Shown here piece after piece: positions 61,172-64,000 of a stretch of 64,000 nt of DNA. The stretch is from Heptranchias perlo. Its lineage: Eukaryota. The stretch's first letter is position 1, and the number at the start of each line of letters is the position of its first letter. The notes under the pieces are model-generated. The model ran no database searches and had not been told where the DNA came from. It was given only the letters and a program-made list of their open reading frames with translations. The DNA is taken from positions 4,464,001-4,528,000 of the forward strand of contig NC_090365.1 of assembly GCF_035084215.1 (NCBI RefSeq), in the 5' to 3' direction. The position numbers were made by a program, and so were the translations under genes.

Positions 61172-62573
61172 ACACCGTGTTGTAGAAGTGTTTTTATAAT
61201 TTGCTAAAGATTTTCTATGAAATGTTGGCCTCATTTTGAAAACTTTTTTTTCTGTCTGGTGCTGGGTTTGGGGTTTAAGTACTTGGGTTTTATTTCATGC
61301 AAACACTTTGAACCTTATGATCCCATTCAAATACCTAAACTAGACATCTAGTTTAAAGTAATGTACCTCCTAGAATAATTTGACAAGAAGACATGAGCAT
61401 CGTTTGCCCAGTACATTCTGGTGGGGCCCACAAGACTAACAGTCTGAGGGCTTCAGTCACTCCACGTTGAAACAATGTTCCAGCATCGATTGAAAGTTTC
61501 CTCAACTGAGCAGTAGGAACCTCTAGAAAATTTGTACTGATTCCTAGCACTTGCATGAAGAACTTGGAATTTGTGCATAGGGGACTTGACACTTTTTTTT
61601 AAAAGGTCCAAATTTGATTGCGTACCCTTGTTACAGAACATTGAGGTTTGTAGTGCAGTGTCCCAACTAATTGTTGAGACTAGTCTAGAGTGTTTGAAGT
61701 ATGATTCAAATGAAATGAGCCTGTTTAAAGAGAGTGCTTCTATTCATCAAGATAACTGCTGAAAACCAAAAGTATTTTAATTCCCAAACTAGCTGCATCT
61801 TAACCCGGATCAAGCCACTGTTTCACCAGCACAAACAGCATTTAAGCTTTGTACAAAATGGCTGAACTTGTTGCCCTTTCCACAAGCGGGCAGGCTAAAA
61901 TATAGAAATGTTTTACTGGAAACTTTCAGGTTGGGTCAGTTCCTTTTTTGAGTTGGTACTGATTCAGGGACAATTTTTAAACTTTTTTTTCTCATTAGTT
62001 TGATTTGTGTTTAAGCAGTGGTTTAGTGCTGTTGGATTTTGTGCGACAGTAGTACACAGCTGCATCCTGCCTTTAGAGAACCCTGCTCTACTTGCACTTG
62101 GAATTTGCTTTTAATGTGAAGCCTTGGTGTGCGGTTGCAGAATATTGAGGCTTTCTCACCTGCTCTCCAAGTGGAGGGAGGCAGCATTGGATGAAGACCC
62201 CCCAAGGTGTTTTGGGAGGGAAGGCAGGCAAAATGTATATATAGTTTTTGGTTCACAAGTGTGTTAATAGTTCATGGTTTATTTGGTTCCTTTCACATTG
62301 TTTTAAAGTATATATAAATTTATATTTAACATGACCCATCCTCTAAGTAGTTGCTCAAGAACCAACCTGGAATGTTGCTCTGCATTGGAACTGAATTTGA
62401 AGGAACAAAAAACTTAACACCAATTTAGATGTTTGTACTCAACAATTTTATACAAAAACTATAAAGCCCAATGTTCCATGTACCTTTACTGTATCCTGCT
62501 AGTTTATAGTCTATTGTGTACTACATACAGGCTGTGTATCGCTATCATTCCTTGTAGCAAGAAATGGTACTGC

Positions 62574-62579
62574 ATTAAA
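62574..62579 (+). terminator. Candidate polyadenylation signal (ATTAAA) of the SRSF5-like gene
   Basis: At the end of a ~1.4-kb AU-rich, repeat-free stretch after the stop codon, followed by U/GU-rich sequence; repeats resume about 250 bp later. Confidence 0.4.
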
Positions 62580-62829
62580 AAAAAATTAGTTAAAAGTGAC
62601 CTTTTCAGAACTTGCTTGTTTATTTACTGAGGCATTTTTCACTGGGTGGAATTTGACAGATTATCAATCCAGGACTGAGGGCAGGGCCTACAGCACTAAA
62701 ACTACCCCACATTGGCCGTCTGGGCCCCAGTTTTCAGCCCACCTGGTTGTGGGATTGTGTTGTCCTCTCTTGCTAGTCAGTTGATGATGATGGGGTGGGG
62801 GGGCGGGCGGGCAGGGAGAAGTGACGTGT

Positions 62830-63145
62830 ACGTCTACAGGATGCACTGCAGCAAGTTATCAGACCAGTGACCTCCACCACCTAGAAAGCCAATGGCAGCA
62901 GGTGCACGGGAACACCATCACCTACAAGTTCCCCTCCCAGTCACACACCATCCCGACTTGGACATATATCGACCGTTCCTTCATTGTCGTTGGGTTAAAA
63001 TCCTAGAGCGCCCTACCTAACAGCACTGTGGAAGCACCTTCACCACACGGACTGCAGCAGTTCAAGTAGGCAGCTCACCATCACCTTCTCGAGGGCAACT
63101 AGGGATGGACAATAAATGCTGGCCTTGCTAGCAACACCCATATCT
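62830..63145 (+). mobile_element. Diverged 3' fragment of the 2709-4522 LINE family
   Basis: Collinear with 4165-4505, including ggcaactagggatggacaataaatgctggccttg. Confidence 0.82.
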
Positions 63146-63619
63146 CGAGTGACAGTTTTGTTACTAGATTTGAGGGTTATGCCAGCATCCACTAATGCAA
63201 GTGAAGGAGCATTATTGCTAAGAGTCTCCTTTTGCTTTCTGTGGCTTTAAATCTTAGTCCCACCTTAGTAATTGATTTGCTGCACACTTCAGTGGGTTTA
63301 GAGTGTGGTAATAGTCCAGAGCCTTTGTCAGTGATTACACAGGTAAGAATGTTGCAATGGTGTGATTTATTACACAGCTTGTTACTTTCATTGCTGTCCT
63401 GCACTAATGAGCTCCAATAAACTGCTTGGAAGTAATTACCACATCAACTGATGTGTTCTGAATCTGTTTCAAAAAGTTCACCTGTGGTCTTAAAGGAATT
63501 GTGTACAAACTGCAGCAGCAGAGTATTATGCATATTTATGTAACTGGGTTGTGCATAGGTTAGAAGCTGGAGTCCCATGCCGTAATGGATAAATGCACAG
63601 CTTAGTTGTGCAGACTGCT

Positions 63620-64000
63620 CGCTGGCCTACATTGGTTCCCATTCCAGCAACGCTTCAAATTTAAAATGCTCATCATTGTGTTCAAATACTTCCAGTGGCC
63701 TCTCCCCATAACCACCTACAACCCTGCAAGATCTTTGTTCGTCCAACTCTGGCCTATTGTGCATCCCTGATTTTTTTTTTAAATCACTCCACCGTTGGTG
63801 ACCGTGCCTCAGGCTCTGGAATTCCCTCCCTGGGCCTCTCCCCTCCCTCCTTTTTAAGATGCTCCTTGAAACCTACCTCTTTAGCCAAGTTTTTGGTCAT
63901 CTGCCCTAATGTCACCTCCTTTGGCTCGGTGTCAGTTTTTGTCTGATTATGCTCCTGTGCAGTGCCTTGGGATGTTTTACTATATTAAAGGTGCAATTTA
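63620..64000 (+). mobile_element. L2-type LINE 3' fragment (runs to the window edge)
   Basis: ctctggaattccctccc...ggctcggtgtca...gccttgggatgttttactatattaaagg. Confidence 0.8.

Overview
Vertebrate genomic DNA, most likely a cartilaginous fish (shark); this is inferred from the repeat content (CR1/HER1-type LINEs, Deu-domain SINEs, LF-SINE-like elements, Tx1 and Penelope-like remnants). Four spliced genes were reconstructed by hand with phase-consistent GT-AG junctions: the first coding exon of a TTC9B-like gene (minus strand, continuing off the left edge); a complete C19orf47 orthologue (minus, 8 coding exons, 398 aa); a complete CCDC97 orthologue (minus, 5 coding exons, 365 aa); and a complete SRSF5-like SR splicing factor (plus, 7 coding exons, 284 aa) head-to-head with CCDC97. 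There is no prokaryotic-type system or CRISPR array, and most short ORFs in the track are repeat-derived or spurious. The most interesting signals are: (1) an SRSF5 paralogue among human-19q13 genes, probably a whole-genome-duplication ohnologue, with a candidate NMD poison exon in intron 5; (2) a ~1.26-kb 28-bp minisatellite of RFX/X-box-like motifs abutting the C19orf47 promoter; (3) a locally templated inverted insertion with microhomology junctions; (4) two degenerate hammerhead-ribozyme cores in Penelope-like remnants; (5) an AUG-UGA minimal uORF just before the CCDC97 start; (6) several nested retroelement insertions with readable target-site duplications. Repeat boundaries are approximate, and family names come from recalled consensus features, not database searches.
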